NCBI RefSeq assembly: GCF_006345805.1
Contig: NC_043013.1
Span: 45,756,001-45,820,000, forward strand
DNA from: Octopus sinensis
Lineage: Eukaryota
Length of the DNA stretch: 64,000 nucleotides
Reading direction: 5' to 3'
Part shown: one piece after another, positions 41,842 through 64,000 of the stretch
Position numbering within the stretch: position 1 is the stretch's first letter
Layout of the letters: the number at the start of each line of letters is the position of its first letter
Made by a program: the position numbers and the translations under genes
The notes under the pieces: generated by a model
What the model was told of the DNA's origin: nothing
The model's input: only the letters and a program-made list of their open reading frames with translations
Database searches by the model: none

Positions 41842-42170
41842 AACACCACCACCACCACCACCACCACTACAATCACTACTACAATCACCACCACCACCAC
41901 CACCAGCACCACCAGCACCACCACCACTACAATCACTACTACAATCACCACCACCACCACCACCACCACCACCACCACACCACCACCACCACCACCACCA
42001 CTACAACCACCACCACCACCACCACCACAACCACCACCACCACCACTACAAACCACCACCACCACCACCACCAACAACAACAACATCAACAACAACTGCA
42101 GCAGCAGCAGCAGCAGCAACAACAACAACAACAACAACAACTACAGCAGCAGCAACAACAACAGCAACTC
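41842..42170. repeat. (CAC/CAA/CAG)n compound microsatellite
   Basis: Direct reading. Confidence 0.95.
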
Positions 42171-42908
42171 TACTTCATAAAAAATAAAGAAAACTATTAA
42201 TTAGGGGTTTTTCAAGTGGTGAACTAACCAGTAACATTTTGATTCTGATTAAGGAAGAAGGAAAGTAGAAAATGAAAAAAAAGGAACGAATAACAAAAAA
42301 AAAAAAAATATAAAAAACGAACCAGAATGAACATTCAACTGATCGCCACCTAAACATTCACTCTACCACTTTCCTAAAATAGATGCGTTACTCAAACACG
42401 GAAGGGCTTAGCTTTTACGTTAAAACCTTGAACATTTATTCAAGTATTATTTTGAACATTCAACAGATTTTTGGTGACGAGAACAACAACAGCTGAAGTG
42501 GAGGTGCAATGGCCCAGTGGTTAGGGCAAGCGGCGAGCTGGCAGAAACGTTAGCACGCCGGGCGAAATGCGTAGCCGTATTTTCGTCTGTCGTTACATTC
42601 TGAGTTCAAATTCCGCCGAGGTCGACTTTGCCCTTCATCCTTTCGGGGTCGATAAATTAAGTACCAGTTACGCACTGGGGTCGATATAATCGACTTAATC
42701 CGTCTGTCTGTCCTCTCTGTGTTTAGCCCCTTGTGGGTAGTAAAGAAATAGGTCGTAAGAACGCGGTTTCGATTCCCAGACCGGGCATTGTGAGTGTTTA
42801 TTGAGCAAAAACACCTAAGCTCCACGAGGCTCCGGCGGTGGGGGAGGTGATTGTGAACCCCGCTGTACTCTTTCACCACAACTTTCTCTCGCTCTTTCTT
42901 CCTACTTC

Positions 42909-43718
42909 TGCCACAAAGCAGAAGAACCATGGTGAGTACTTGACAGACACTGACTTTGCTGACGACATCGCTCTTATCAGTGATTCTCTCTCCAATGCCC
43001 AGTCTCTTTTACAATCTCTTGAACAAGCCTCAAATTGTGTAGGTCTTTACCTCAGTGAGGCCAAGACTGAATATATAAACAAGTGCCTGTCCAACAGTGA
43101 TTGCATCATCCATACTCTCAACAATGCGCCCTTAAATATGGTTTCTGATTACAAATATCTTGGGTCATACATATCATCATCTGGAAAAGACTTTCTAACT
43201 AGAAAGGGTATGGCCTGGTCAGCCTGTAATGACATGCATAAGATCTGGTCATCAAATCTAAGTAGAGACTTCAAACTTGAAATATTCAAAGCCACAGTCG
43301 AACCAATCTACTATATGGCTCAGAAACCTGGACGTTATCAAAGAAGCTTGAGAGGCGGTTGGATGGAACCTACACTCGCCTCCTTATGAGAGCTCAAAAT
43401 CTCTCGTGGAGGCGCCATCCAACTAAAATGCAAATATATGGGAAATTACCACCTGTGTCATCTCTTGTGAAAGGTAGGAGAGTCCAGTTTGCTGGACATT
43501 GTTGTAGAGCTGGAAAAGAAGTAATTTCTACTCTTCTCCTCTGGAAGCCATCTACTCGCAACACCAGAGGGCGCACACTCTCCTACCCTGATGTAATCTC
43601 CAGGGATACAGGCATCCAGCAACAGGACCTCCGTAATGCTATGATGGACCGTGAAGTCTGGCGCAACATGGTAAATTCCATTGTCTCGACCACGGTCGAA
43701 CAATGATGAATGATGATG
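42909..43718 (+). mobile_element. 5'-truncated RTE-like LINE: RT C-terminus (FADDIAL...YKYLGS), frameshift near 43300, (TGA)n tail
   Basis: ORFs 42838-43389 and 43359-43706. Confidence 0.85.
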
Positions 43719-45947
43719 GTGTGGTAAACTTTCAGACCCTAGTCTACATTGCGAATCCTCTGTAGCCCAGAATGGTTCAGCTCTCCACCCGTTAAAAGCC
43801 ACCGTTTACGGTATGAGGATAACAAAGTAGCTTTCGCGCCCGTGCAACCGCCAGTCTATCGCGTGGTGGATGGATCTTTAAGTTGCCGCACGCATTCTTA
43901 GTAGCTTAGAGTAGGCTCGAATTAGAGATAATTCTTTGTGGCTAGTAGTGTGAGTCCTGATTGGAAGAAGAAGAAGAAAACAACAGCAGCAGAATAACAG
44001 AAGTACTAAGTAAATAGTGTCGTAATGAACTGGGATGTTGAGGGACAAGCATGAATATCTGGTACTCATGATTCAAGAGAGGATAATGTAGTAACGTTTC
44101 CTGTACATTTCTATAGGGGGCCTCGAACCTAACTCCCACACGTCTTGAATGCAGTCTTCACAACAAGAATCCTAACAAAAACGGCGACAGCCATAACAGA
44201 AATAATATAATTATAGAGAGTTGGTAGACAAGCTAATTTAGAAGTAAAAATGATAAATATCCATATTGCAATGAAATAAATTGCCAATGAATATTAATGA
44301 ACCAGATAGAACTGTAATAACATCCCAATCTTACTTTCGTGAAAATTACTATTAATTAAGACAGCAAAATTTCTTCAGTTGTAATTCCTCCAAACATTTC
44401 TGTAAGATGGCTGCTTCATAGCGAAACCATCTGCACAAGAAACTGTTGCCAGATCAATTTCATAAACATAAAGTAACACAAAATTTTCAAACTTGCACAC
44501 CGTGTGAGAAAGTAGCAATCAAGGAAAATTATGCTACAATGTAAAGTATAGAAGTCATCTTAACATGGCTAACCACATAGGGGAGGGGGTGTTACTGTAG
44601 CTCTATAGCCCTAGGAGATCGTCGTCTCCAGCTGGCTTTAGACACCATTTCAGTGCCCTTGAAGTATTTGCAAAGGGAGGCCATCCCTTTGTCGCAAGCC
44701 TGAGTGATACGCACGGACTAGTTTCGGGGTTTTTGTCCCTTATCAACGGGCGGTAACCACCAGGTCGCGATGAAAGAGAAGGCTGCTTTGCAAATATATG
44801 AGTTTTTCTAGTGACGTCTGCCACTGATTTCGAAAAACTGACTATAAGCATTATTAAATCTCAGAATGAGATGCTACAATGTTTTATATATATATATATA
44901 TATAAGGAGGAGACCCCCTTCGGTCATGAATGACCATGGGATTGCACGTAGAAAGTTACCTATTTCTTTACTACCCACAAGGGGCTAAACACAGAAAGGA
45001 CAAACAAGGACAGACAAAGGGATTAAGTCGATTACATCGATCCCAGTGCGTAACTGGTTCTTAATTTATCGACCCCGAAAGGATGAAAGGCAAAGTCAAC
45101 CTCGGCGGAATTTGAACTCAGAACTAGCGGCAGACGAAATACTGCTAAGCATTTCGCCCGGCGTGCTAACGATTCTGCCAGCTCGCTGCCTTTTTGCACC
45201 TAGAAAGTTACCCTCCCAGGCACAATTCCGGGCAAGGTTGTTTTATAGAAGGTCAACAGTCACCCATGCATACCAGCCTCCCATCTCCACACCACTGATG
45301 TTATCCAAGGGAAAGGTTAAGGGGCCGATACAGCTTGGTACCACTAATGTCGCAATTCATTTCTACAGTTGAGTTAACCGGAGCAACGCGAAATAAAGTG
45401 TCTTGCTCAAGAACACGACACGCAGCCCGGTCCGAGAATCGAACTCACAACCACACGATCGTAAGTTCGACGCTCTAACCACTGAGCCATGCGCCTTCAC
45501 ACACACACACACACACCACACACACATACACACACACACACATATATATATACATAGATGTGTGTGCGTGTGTGTGTGAGTGTGCATTTGGGTGCGCGTG
45601 TGTGTATGTATATGAATGTTTAATAAAAAAGCTCCAGCTTGGGACATTTAAATTCAGAACACCGAGTTTCTAGGCAGCAACGCATACAATTTATTCAAGA
45701 CTCGCTATTGTTCGTCTGCTGGAGTGACGTGTGTATACAGGAAATGTGTTACCAAATATTTTTAAACCAAGAAAAAATAAAATCAATAAAGTAATAAAAA
45801 TAAAAATTAAAAGTGTGATGTTAAAATATTTAAAAAAATTAAAATTAAAGTTAAAATTTGAATATTAAAAATAAAAAATAAAATTAATAATTAAAGATGA
45901 AAAATTAAAATCTTCAAGTTCTAATTAAGACTACGAATATACTCAGT

Positions 45948-46354
45948 GGATCGTTTCGGTTTGAACGGCAGTATTTTCTAGTGGTGTCATAGGAAATTGT
46001 CACTCATAATTATGACCCTAGTATCGATCTATTGCATTTCAATGTGTTTTAGGGTTAGGGGTGGGGTGAAGGGTATTTTTTTTTCTTCACAAATGTAAAT
46101 AAATCCAATCTGTTTCTTAAACGAGGGACATATGCATACGGCGCAGAATGTGTTTTACCTCAATAGACGTCAGTGATTGGTTGAAATTGCAGAAATTGAA
46201 GAAAAAAACAAATATCTTACAAACTATAGAATTTTCTCAATAAAGGCAAGAGAAAAAGATGTTTTATAAACACAATCTACCAGTATACGAAGTTTAAAAT
46301 TTTTTAGTTACCTAGAAATTATGTTAAAAACTGCCGTTCAAACCGAAAAGATCC
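45948..46354. mobile_element. Merlin-like MITE without an 8-bp TSD
   Basis: TIRs present; flanked instead by a ~85-bp duplicated AT-rich segment. Confidence 0.8.
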
Positions 46355-46989
46355 CAAGAAAAAATAAAATCAAAAAAGTAATAAAAAAAAACTTAAAAGT
46401 TGTGATGTTAAAATATTAAAACAATTCAAATTAAAGTTAAAATTTCTTCTTCCAAGTGGTTCTGTACTAACAGTGTACACAATTTCTTCTTTGAAGCTGT
46501 TTGTTATTATATAGAGGGTTATTATATAGAGGGTTATTATATAGAAGAATCCTTGTCAAAAATAATTTTATCGGAGAAGTTAGAGATTCTCCTGCAGACA
46601 TTCTTAACTAAGTTCTTAGTCTTTTGCCGTTGGGTTCAGAGAAAGAGACGGTTCATAGAATTCAGTAGGTACATACGTTCAAACAGACTCTAAAAGATTG
46701 GTGCTGGTCTGTTAACCTCTTTATGTAGGTCCAAAAACAGTATTTCACTCTACCTCTTTCTTTTCATCCATCCATTCTCTCACTGAAAGATAAAGTCTTC
46801 CTCAGCTTCTCAATTTCACTTTCTGACACTGCAACTGGCTCAATCTTACCCGCACCATCTATCTTCGTTCTATAGAAAGATAGGAGCTCCAGAAACCTCC
46901 TAGTAATAAACTCCAAACTGTCCAGTACCATATAATCAGGTACTTTTAAATGCACTCGCCGAAGGGACAACACTTGCCTCAACATCAAC

Positions 46990-47270
46990 AATGTTATAAC
47001 CACCATTTGGCCCAAATCACAATATCACATTCCTCAGAACCTTCGTTTCACATCGTCTTCTCTATTGTATGATATGCAAACATTGCAGCGCTCCTGCCGA
47101 TAGCTTTCGGGAGCTTATTCAAAGCATACGACTACGCATGTTTGGTCAACCTGTCGCCGTCCACTTCAACACAACAGGATATTCCATCACTCACCAGTGT
47201 GTGCGGTAGCTCCGCACTTTATGGATCCATCTCTCTAGGAAACAGCTTAAACCGACAGGTTTAAATGATT
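46990..47270 (+). mobile_element. Penelope-like element GIY-YIG endonuclease remnant
   Basis: Degenerate TSSSLLY..., GQPVAVHFNTTGYS and WIHLSRKQLKPTGLN match the PVAxHFN...WI...P.GLN C-terminus of Penelope ORFs. Confidence 0.65.
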
Positions 47271-48099
47271 GGTCCTCCTTCTCCAACACCTCCTTTTAGC
47301 TCATCAAGTTCTCATCATTCAACTCCCCTCTCACCTCATCTCTTCCGTTCACCTCTTTCTAAACTCCACCCACACCTCTTCTTCCTCTTTGCATTCCTCT
47401 CTCCTTTTGCCTTTCTCACCCTGCTTCTCCCTCCTACTACTACCTGTTCATGTACGAAGCTAACGTTGTACTGCATTCCTTATCAGTTTCATCTAATTTT
47501 TGTAACTTATTGAGCGTAAAACTCTGTTTTGTTGCATTAATTTTTCTCCTGTCAACTTTTTCCCGGAGGGGGACTCTCTCCAAAACGACGAATCTTCCAT
47601 TCCTCACAGCAAGCGCAATGTACTTTTCTTGTCGATTTAATTCAATAACACAAGTCTTACCGGTGCGGACCAAAATCTGCGTGTGTGCGTGTGCTTGTGA
47701 GTGCATATATATGTGTGTGTGCATGTGTGCGCACATGCGCGTTGATGCATGCCTGTACATGTTTTTTTCATGTTTTTTTCATGTTTTTTTCATCCTTAAG
47801 TCACGAGGGGAGATAACACCAAACATTCTTTACATATCTTCGCGGTCCGATTAAATATGAAGGAGGAAGTTATCTTTAAACTGGAAGGTTGGCCCAAATA
47901 TTTGCAACATAATGGATTGGCTAAAGGCAACCTGGATGACGAAATTAAGTCTACTAACCGGTGTATTTGTGCAGGTATGTATGTATGTATATATGTATGT
48001 GTGTATGTATGTATGGAGGATATAATATATATATATATATATATATAGATATATATATATATATATATATAATATATATATAGATATATATATATATAT

Positions 48100-48151
<52 letters not shown>

Positions 48152-48543
48152 ATGCATGTAGTATGTATGTATATAGTTTCTTTGTATTTTGTTTGCAAGA
48201 TTCTTGGTGCTGGAACAAAGTTTGTTGAGTTTAGGAAGGGTATTGCCAATAAAGATAAAACTAAACACAGGCACTGGTTTAATATCACTTCTTTATTCAG
48301 TGGTCAATCGGTTAAATATCTAATCAATTAACAAAATGACTTTGATAGACAACCGGTTGATTGTTTAACGATCGCATTAAACAATTAAACAAACGATCGA
48401 TTAGTTAGTTGGTTAGATATTAACAATTAGCTAGAAAATAAAGAAGAGGTATTGAACCAGTGCGTGAGTTTATTTTAGTTTATTAGCCTAATGACTTTCT
48501 CGATGCACAATATATATATATATATACATACATACATACATAT

Positions 48544-48589
<46 letters not shown>

Positions 48590-50614
48590 TATATATATAC
48601 ATACATACATATATATAATAATATATATATATAGATTAGCAGAAATGAGGTACTCAGAAATATGGATGGTTTTTATTTACAGATATTTATTAATATGTCA
48701 CATGTTTTTATAAATCATATATTAGCGCTTGCGTTCACTCTAGTGGAGTCGTCAGATTTAAATTTTTCAGGGAATTTGTCTCTTTTTATAGTATTATTGA
48801 GTGTGTAGGGGTGGAGAGATATATAAGATTGTACAAGAGGGTGAAGAATGGGGAGAAAGTGAGAGAGAGAGCGTGTGTGTATATTTCTCTCCACCCCCTA
48901 CACACTCAATAATACTATAAAAAGAGACAAAATTCCTCAATTCTAAAATTCCTCTACCGGCACCGAGATGAGAGAGTCAATATGCATTCTATACTCTTTG
49001 TGTAAAAAATCCTAAATGTTACAATTTATTTTAATTTTAATTCACTCGAAGAAAACGCGTTTTGTACATGATGTAATTGATTTGTTCATTAAAAAAACAT
49101 GTTTGAAACAGCTGTAGCGAACCACAGCCCATTTGTGTTAATACTTATACTGTACCATACTCGGAACTTTTCCTGCGTTGGATCTTGAGCCCACAGTAGA
49201 CCGTGGACTGCATGCTAAAGTATACTCTTGTGTGATTTAGTGTATACGTTGAGTGCATTTGGTCCATACTTGTTGACGCATGCGTAACTGTAAGGACAAA
49301 TCCGTAAATGCTTTGAAAAGTGCGTGGCTGTCTGTACACACAGTTGATACACGGGTGTTGTCCTCGACTCTACCTTGGTGTCCTTGTTATTAAAATTCCT
49401 TGATTCTATTGGAAGTCCTGCAAATAATGATACACACACGCATACACGCATACACAGGTGTGCGCGCACGCATACATACATACATACATACATACATACA
49501 TACATACATACATACATACATACATACATACAGACCAGACATAAATATATATATATATGTATATATGAGTCACGATATATGGATTCAAGTAATCCGTTAG
49601 TACTCATAAAAAGATTCCTCAGTTTGCAATTGCACAAACAATATAAAGTATATGTGGAGGCACATGGCCTAGTGGTTAGAGTTGCATACTCGTGGTCGGG
49701 TGATCGCGGGTTCGAATCTCAGACCAGGCTATTTGTGTGTTTATGAGCGAAACACCTAAGTACCACGCAGCCCCGGCAGAAGGCAATGGCGAACTTCTGC
49801 TCACTTTTTCGCCACAACTTTCTCTCACTCTTTCCTCCTGCATCTTGCAGCTCACCTGCGACGGACCGGCGTCTTGTTCAGGTGGAGAACCTATACACCA
49901 AGGAAATCGGGAAACCGGCCTTATGAGCCAAGCATGGCTCGAAAAGGAACAACCGACAACATATAGAGTGTATAATGATATACATTAGAAAAGAATATAT
50001 ATAAAGATCTATATAGATCTAAATATAAAGATCTAAATGACGGTGAAATATTATGATGAACTTTATTTAACAATAAACATCAAAATATCGCTACAAATTT
50101 GTTTCAGTTGTCCTAAAACATGTAAATAGCCCAAATTATCGCATTTAACAATAAATAGGTTTTTATCCATCATCTTGAATTATTCTTACATTAGAACAAT
50201 TATTATTGTTATTGTTGCATTGGCAGAATCATCGGAGGATCAGGAAAACAAATACCTTCCAATATTTCTTCAAGCTGTTGATGTTCTGAGCTCGAATGCC
50301 GCAGAGGGCAACCCTACCCTCCATCTCTCAGGGCTCGATAAGTACCAGTCATGTACTGGAGTTGCTGGTATTGATATTGAGTAAACCGCTCTCCACAACA
50401 AGTTGCTGGCCCTTGACCCAAAATTAGAACCGGTTATTATAATCATCATCATCATCATCATCAACATCATAGTAGTAGTTCTGGAAGTATTATTCCCACG
50501 AGAGTCTTCAAGCTACAGGAAACCCTGTCCTATATTTTCACATCTGAATCATCTGAATCAATCTTTCTCACTTTCTCTTTTGTGGCTTCTTGTTTTATTC
50601 TTTTTTATTAGTGA

Positions 50615-51015
50615 CTAGCAGTATCGCCCGGCGTTGCTCGCGTTTGTAAGGGAAATAACTATATAAGCATTTTTAGAGTTATAGCCAAAAAATATCAAAA
50701 AAAAAAATGCATTAAAAATGGAAAACAAATGATGGTAAATTTTTTTTAAAATCGTTGACTCATCCTAGACATTTTTAGAGAGTTACTTCCCTTATATAAT
50801 AGCGAAAAAAATGCATTAAAATGGAAAAAAATGATGGTAAATTTTTTTTAAAATCGTAGACTCATCGTAGACGCGCGCTAATACCCAGAAGGGCTCGATA
50901 TGAATCACGACTATAAGATACCCGGTTTTAGTTAAACTGCAACGCAAAATGTGGGAGTAGTTAGGAATCTAAATCGTAGGAGACAGACACACAACTTGAC
51001 TTTTATATATAAAGA
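50615..51015 (-). mobile_element. Non-autonomous Helitron with an internal ~70-100 bp duplication
   Basis: A|TC...CTAG|T termini on the minus strand with a GC-rich subterminal segment like that of 12080-12517. Confidence 0.65.
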
Positions 51016-51639
51016 TTACTGTACCCAGGTTACGACATGACATAGCAAAAAAAAAACAACAGAAAAAAACAACAACAAAAAACAAAAAATAAAAGTACCA
51101 CAGAAACTAGGTTTGAACTCGGGAATCTTGCAAAGAAGCTGATAGCATCTTGTCCACATGACCACTGAATTTATTCGGTGTTATTGCAGTAGTTAATGAA
51201 ACAGTAGTAGTAGTCGTAGCGGTTATCGTTATTACTTTTACTTGTAGTAATATTACTGTCGTTTTATACTATAGAATCCAAATTCCACAATGGAAGAAAA
51301 ACAAGAAGTTGTGATAGTCATGCCTTTTCTCAAAAAGCACGACTATCTGTTTCCAGCCAAAAAGCTGAAACAGAAGTGCAGGCAATCAGCGACTACTCCA
51401 CAGAATATGTCACATTATGTGATACATGGATGTGATAATACCACTTTGATATCATTTCAGTGGGGGTAGCCACATGGGAATTTCTAATTATCTCCTTTTA
51501 ATGTTGCAACTCTGCTGGAGCCATCAACTTTAATTTTTCATCCTGCTTGGTTTGACAAAGTAAAATAAATTTATTTGAGTTGAATCAATGTCATTCCTTC
51601 CTTATGAAACATAATGTCTAACCTTCTTGTGGCAATGTA

Positions 51640-51850
51640 ATAACTACTACTACTGCTGCTAGTGCTGCTACTACTACTACTACTACTGCTGCTGCTGCTA
51701 CTACTACTATTACTACTACTACTACTACTGCTACTACTGCTACTACTATTACTACTACTACTACTATTACTACTACTACTACTACTACTACTACTGCTGC
51801 TGCTGCTAATACTATTACTACTGCTGCTACTACTACTACTACTACTACTC
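51640..51850. repeat. (CTA/CTG)n microsatellite followed by a pyrimidine-rich tract
   Basis: Direct reading; source of the poly-L and poly-S ORFs. Confidence 0.95.
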
Positions 51851-52689
51851 TTCTTTCTTCTTTCTCTTTTTTCTCTCTCTGTCTCTTCCTCCTTCTCTCT
51901 CTTTCTCCTTCTCCTCTTTCGCTCTCTTTTTTTCCTCTTTCCGCTGCCACTTTTCTCCCCCTTACTACTGACACGTGACCCGCGGTCATCCTTTTTTCCT
52001 TTTTCTCTTTCTCCTTTCTTTTTCACGCCAATAACTGAAGCAACCGGTCGTATCTTCCTGTTCTGCTGTCTGTTGTACTTCTGTTTCTCATCCTTTAGGT
52101 GTTTCCTTCCAGCGTTACCCACACTTTCGTCTCTCTCTAGCCTTAAGGTTGTATTCTGTTCATTTATTTCATCTTTGTCCCTCGTCAGTAGCTATGTTTT
52201 TTCATGGCACAAACACCAGAGATGTAGCTATGTCCTCAGCAAAATTAAAGGGTCCTTTCGGGCCCATGTCTTTACTTACTTTACAGAATGGCCCGAGTAG
52301 ATTTATAGTCACTAATAAAGGTAGGGATGCTTCTTACCCCAAAGGTTTGGGAGTCCCTAGCATTTTACATCCCTATATGTATGTGTGTGTATTTGTGTGT
52401 GTTTGTGTGTGCGCGCGCGTGTTGTTTACATTTGCGTGGGTAAAAAATTAAATTTAATTTATGCTTGTACTTCAACTTTTATCAATTATATTTCAGAGTT
52501 TTTCTTTAAAAAATGAAAAAGACCTCTTCCAGAAGAAATAATTTCCATCTCTTTGATTGCTTTTTTAATTATAACACGGGGGCGGGGGCGTTTCGTTTTG
52601 AGGGCCGTATGTCAATTACAACATGGTTGGAAATCATAGATATGAAAGGTAAATGGGAAGTGATTCAGCAGGAAATCAAAACGTCTCCT

Positions 52690-53410
52690 TTCTTATTTCA
52701 TTATTGCCTACAAGGGGCTAAACATATAGGGGACAAACAAAGAGAGACAAAGGGATTAAGTCGATTATATCGATTCCAGTGCGTAACTGGTACTTAATTT
52801 ATCGACCACGAAAGGATGAAAGGCAAAGTTGACCTCGGCGGAATTTGAACTCAGAACGTAGCGGCAGACGAAATACCTATTTCTTTATTACCCACAAGGG
52901 GCTGAACACAGAGGGGACAAACAAGGACAGACAAAGGGATTAAGTCGATTATATCGATCCCAGTGCGTAACTGGTACTTATTTAATCGACCCCGAAAGGA
53001 TGAAAGGCAAAGTCGACCTCGGCGGAATTTGAACTCAGAACGTAGCGGCATAAGAAATACCTATTTCTTTATTACCCACAAGGGGCTAAACACAGAGGGG
53101 ACAAACAAGGACAGACAGACTGATTAAGTCGACCTCGGCAAAATTTAAACTCAGAACGTAACAGCAGACGAAATACCTATTTCTTTACTACTCACAAGGG
53201 GCCAAACACAGAGAGGACAAACAAAGACAGACAAACGGATTAAGTCGATTACATCGACCCAGTGCGTAACTGATACTTAATTTATCGACCTCGAAAGGAT
53301 GAAAGGCAAAGTCGACCTCGGCGGAATTTGAACTCACAACGTTACAGCAGACTAAATACCGCTAAGCATTTCACACGGCGTGCTAACGTTTCTGCCAGCT
53401 CGCCGCCTTT
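52690..53410 (-). mobile_element. Head-to-tail array of about 4 SINE family 3 units
   Basis: Repeated GAAATACCTATTTCTTTA-type junctions. Confidence 0.85.
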
Positions 53411-53974
53411 CTATGGCACATAGTCTGGTTCACTTGACCTCAGTATATTACTGGATTTCAGTAGATAATCTTGACTTCTTTCTGATTTAAAACTTAAATA
53501 TTGTAAACTAAACTACTGTACAGTATTTAATTTGGAATTTTACCTTAACTTTCTCTTTTAGATTAGAATGTCTGAGAGATCTTTATTGATTAGCAGAAAT
53601 CTAATTAACATGAAACAACGAATTTAAATGGATCTATGTCTTTATTTCATTGAATATCTTCTGACTTGTGAAACTTTCACTCTCCATTGAGACAGCTATG
53701 ATCTGTTCTCTGAAAATATAGAGCATTAGATTAGAATAAACTCATGGTTCATCCGAAATATACGAAAGATTAAAGTTTATTTAAAATTTAGGACAAGATC
53801 ATAGTTTATTTACAACATAGGACAAGGAGAGTGTATATCTGCAATAAAGGAGAAAGTTAGATCTATTGACAATTTAGGACGAAATCACAAATGATCGGAA
53901 ATAAAGCACAAGGGGAGCGTTTATTTACCATGCAAAAGAAGGGGCGAGTTTATTTGATAGATAGAAGTTTACAA

Positions 53975-62793
<8,819 letters not shown>

Positions 62794-62889
62794 GGCGAAA
62801 TGTCTAGAAAAGAGAAAGAGCGTTGTACAAATAATTTATGAGGACATCTGTGTAAATTAGAGCGAAAAATTGGGAGAAAATGGATGAAA

Positions 62890-62895
62890 TTTATA
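62890..62895 (-). promoter_or_regulatory. Putative TATA box, gene C
   Basis: Positionally conserved TATAAA. Confidence 0.55.
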
Positions 62896-64000
62896 CAAGC
62901 TTTGACAGGAAATTAACTCTATAAGTCCTGGCCTTCCAACATGATCAGCCGACTTGCTTTGAAATGTGACTTTGGTACATCATCGTTATTGCTTCATTTA
63001 GTGTAATTTTTGTTCTATTACATCTCTCCACTTCCATCTTTTATCACATAAGTTATCTGGAATGATCTCTTACACAAATTCATCAATATTTCGATAATCA
63101 GAAAACATCCATATATTCCATACAACTTCACACTTATTCCCAACAAGCAGCTTCTGTATCCTTGCCTTCATCGTGGTACAAACAGGATAAAATTTGTTTT
63201 GATTGTTGAACTAAGGAGAAGGCTCTACGTGGTCCATCGATATTCTAGAAATAGCAACCGAATCTCACTCAAATCACATTTGCCGTGTTACAGAAAGAGG
63301 GATTACTCATTGAACAAAGGAGGCTCTATGGTGTTGCTCGGCCTGCTAGAAATATTCCCATTAACCCTAAACATTTTACTGGGGCAGACACCACCGATAA
63401 TAAAATTTGTTTTGAAAACTCTTGTTGAACTGAGAGAAAGCTCTACGTGGTCCATCGATATTCTAGAAATAGCAACCGAATCTCACTCAAACCACATTTA
63501 CTGTCTTACAGAAAGAGGGATTACTCATTGAACAAAGGAGGCTCTACGGTGTTGCTCGGCCTGCTAGAAATATTCCCATTAACCCTAAACATTATACTGG
63601 GGCAGACACCACCGATAATAAATACAGAAGAATAGTATGTATCATGCTCTGATTGCTTCTAGCTCTTCTTTTTTATGCGTGACGACCAGGAGAAAATACT
63701 AACAAATAAAAGAGAGAGAGAGAGAATAGTAGTGAAGAGATACAATATTATCTGACTGCCACAGTGCAACTCATGTAATAAACCATTGAATGTTGATGTG
63801 TGCTGTGTGGACTGTAAGAAGGTAGGAACCGTTGTATGTCTGGAATATTGAGTGAGTGAATTACACCGAGTTGTTCGTCAAGCAACATACGTCCAGCAGA
63901 GCTGATCTGACACAAACAACAACAACAACAACAATGACAGCAACAATAACAAGAACAATAACAAGTACAATAAAAATAACAACAGATCTGCTAAAGAAAA

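Noticed and set aside
48715-48765. Minus-strand CTGACGA-CTC/GAG-GAAC hammerhead-like core
   Set aside because: A15.1-U16.1 is missing and there is no stem I; at best a dead remnant.
39000-53900. Search for additional TY exons between genes C and AB
   Set aside because: No exon 2/3/4-like sequence with matching splice sites seen; only repeats and unassigned AT-rich DNA.

Overview
AT-rich, repeat-dense animal genomic DNA. The SINE families, Penelope remnants and microsatellite load suggest an octopus/coleoid cephalopod, which is inferred from repeat recognition and not from a database search. The ORF track misses the main content: a minus-strand tandem array of small multi-exon genes for secreted proteins with thyroglobulin type-1 (TY) domains, i.e. 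thyropin / equistatin / U24-ctenitoxin-like. I rebuilt the exons by hand from GT-AG sites and intron phases. Gene C (62793->55439, probable tail exon near 54.0 kb) encodes a signal peptide plus 2 TY domains. Gene AB (38795->11124) has one signal exon (GTG where paralogs have ATG) followed by two complete 3-exon cassettes, A and B. These give either a 258-aa 4-TY protein or alternative 2-TY isoforms. The signal exon of a third gene lies at 431-482 and that gene runs off the left edge. Coding exons are far more diverged than neighbouring introns, two cassettes carry RGD, and there is a sharply bounded gene-conversion-like tract over promoter plus exon 1. The rest is three tRNA-derived SINE families, Merlin-like MITEs with 8-bp TSDs, Helitron, mariner, hAT, RTE, R4/Dong, Gypsy and Penelope remnants, one canonical and one variant hammerhead ribozyme, and large microsatellites.
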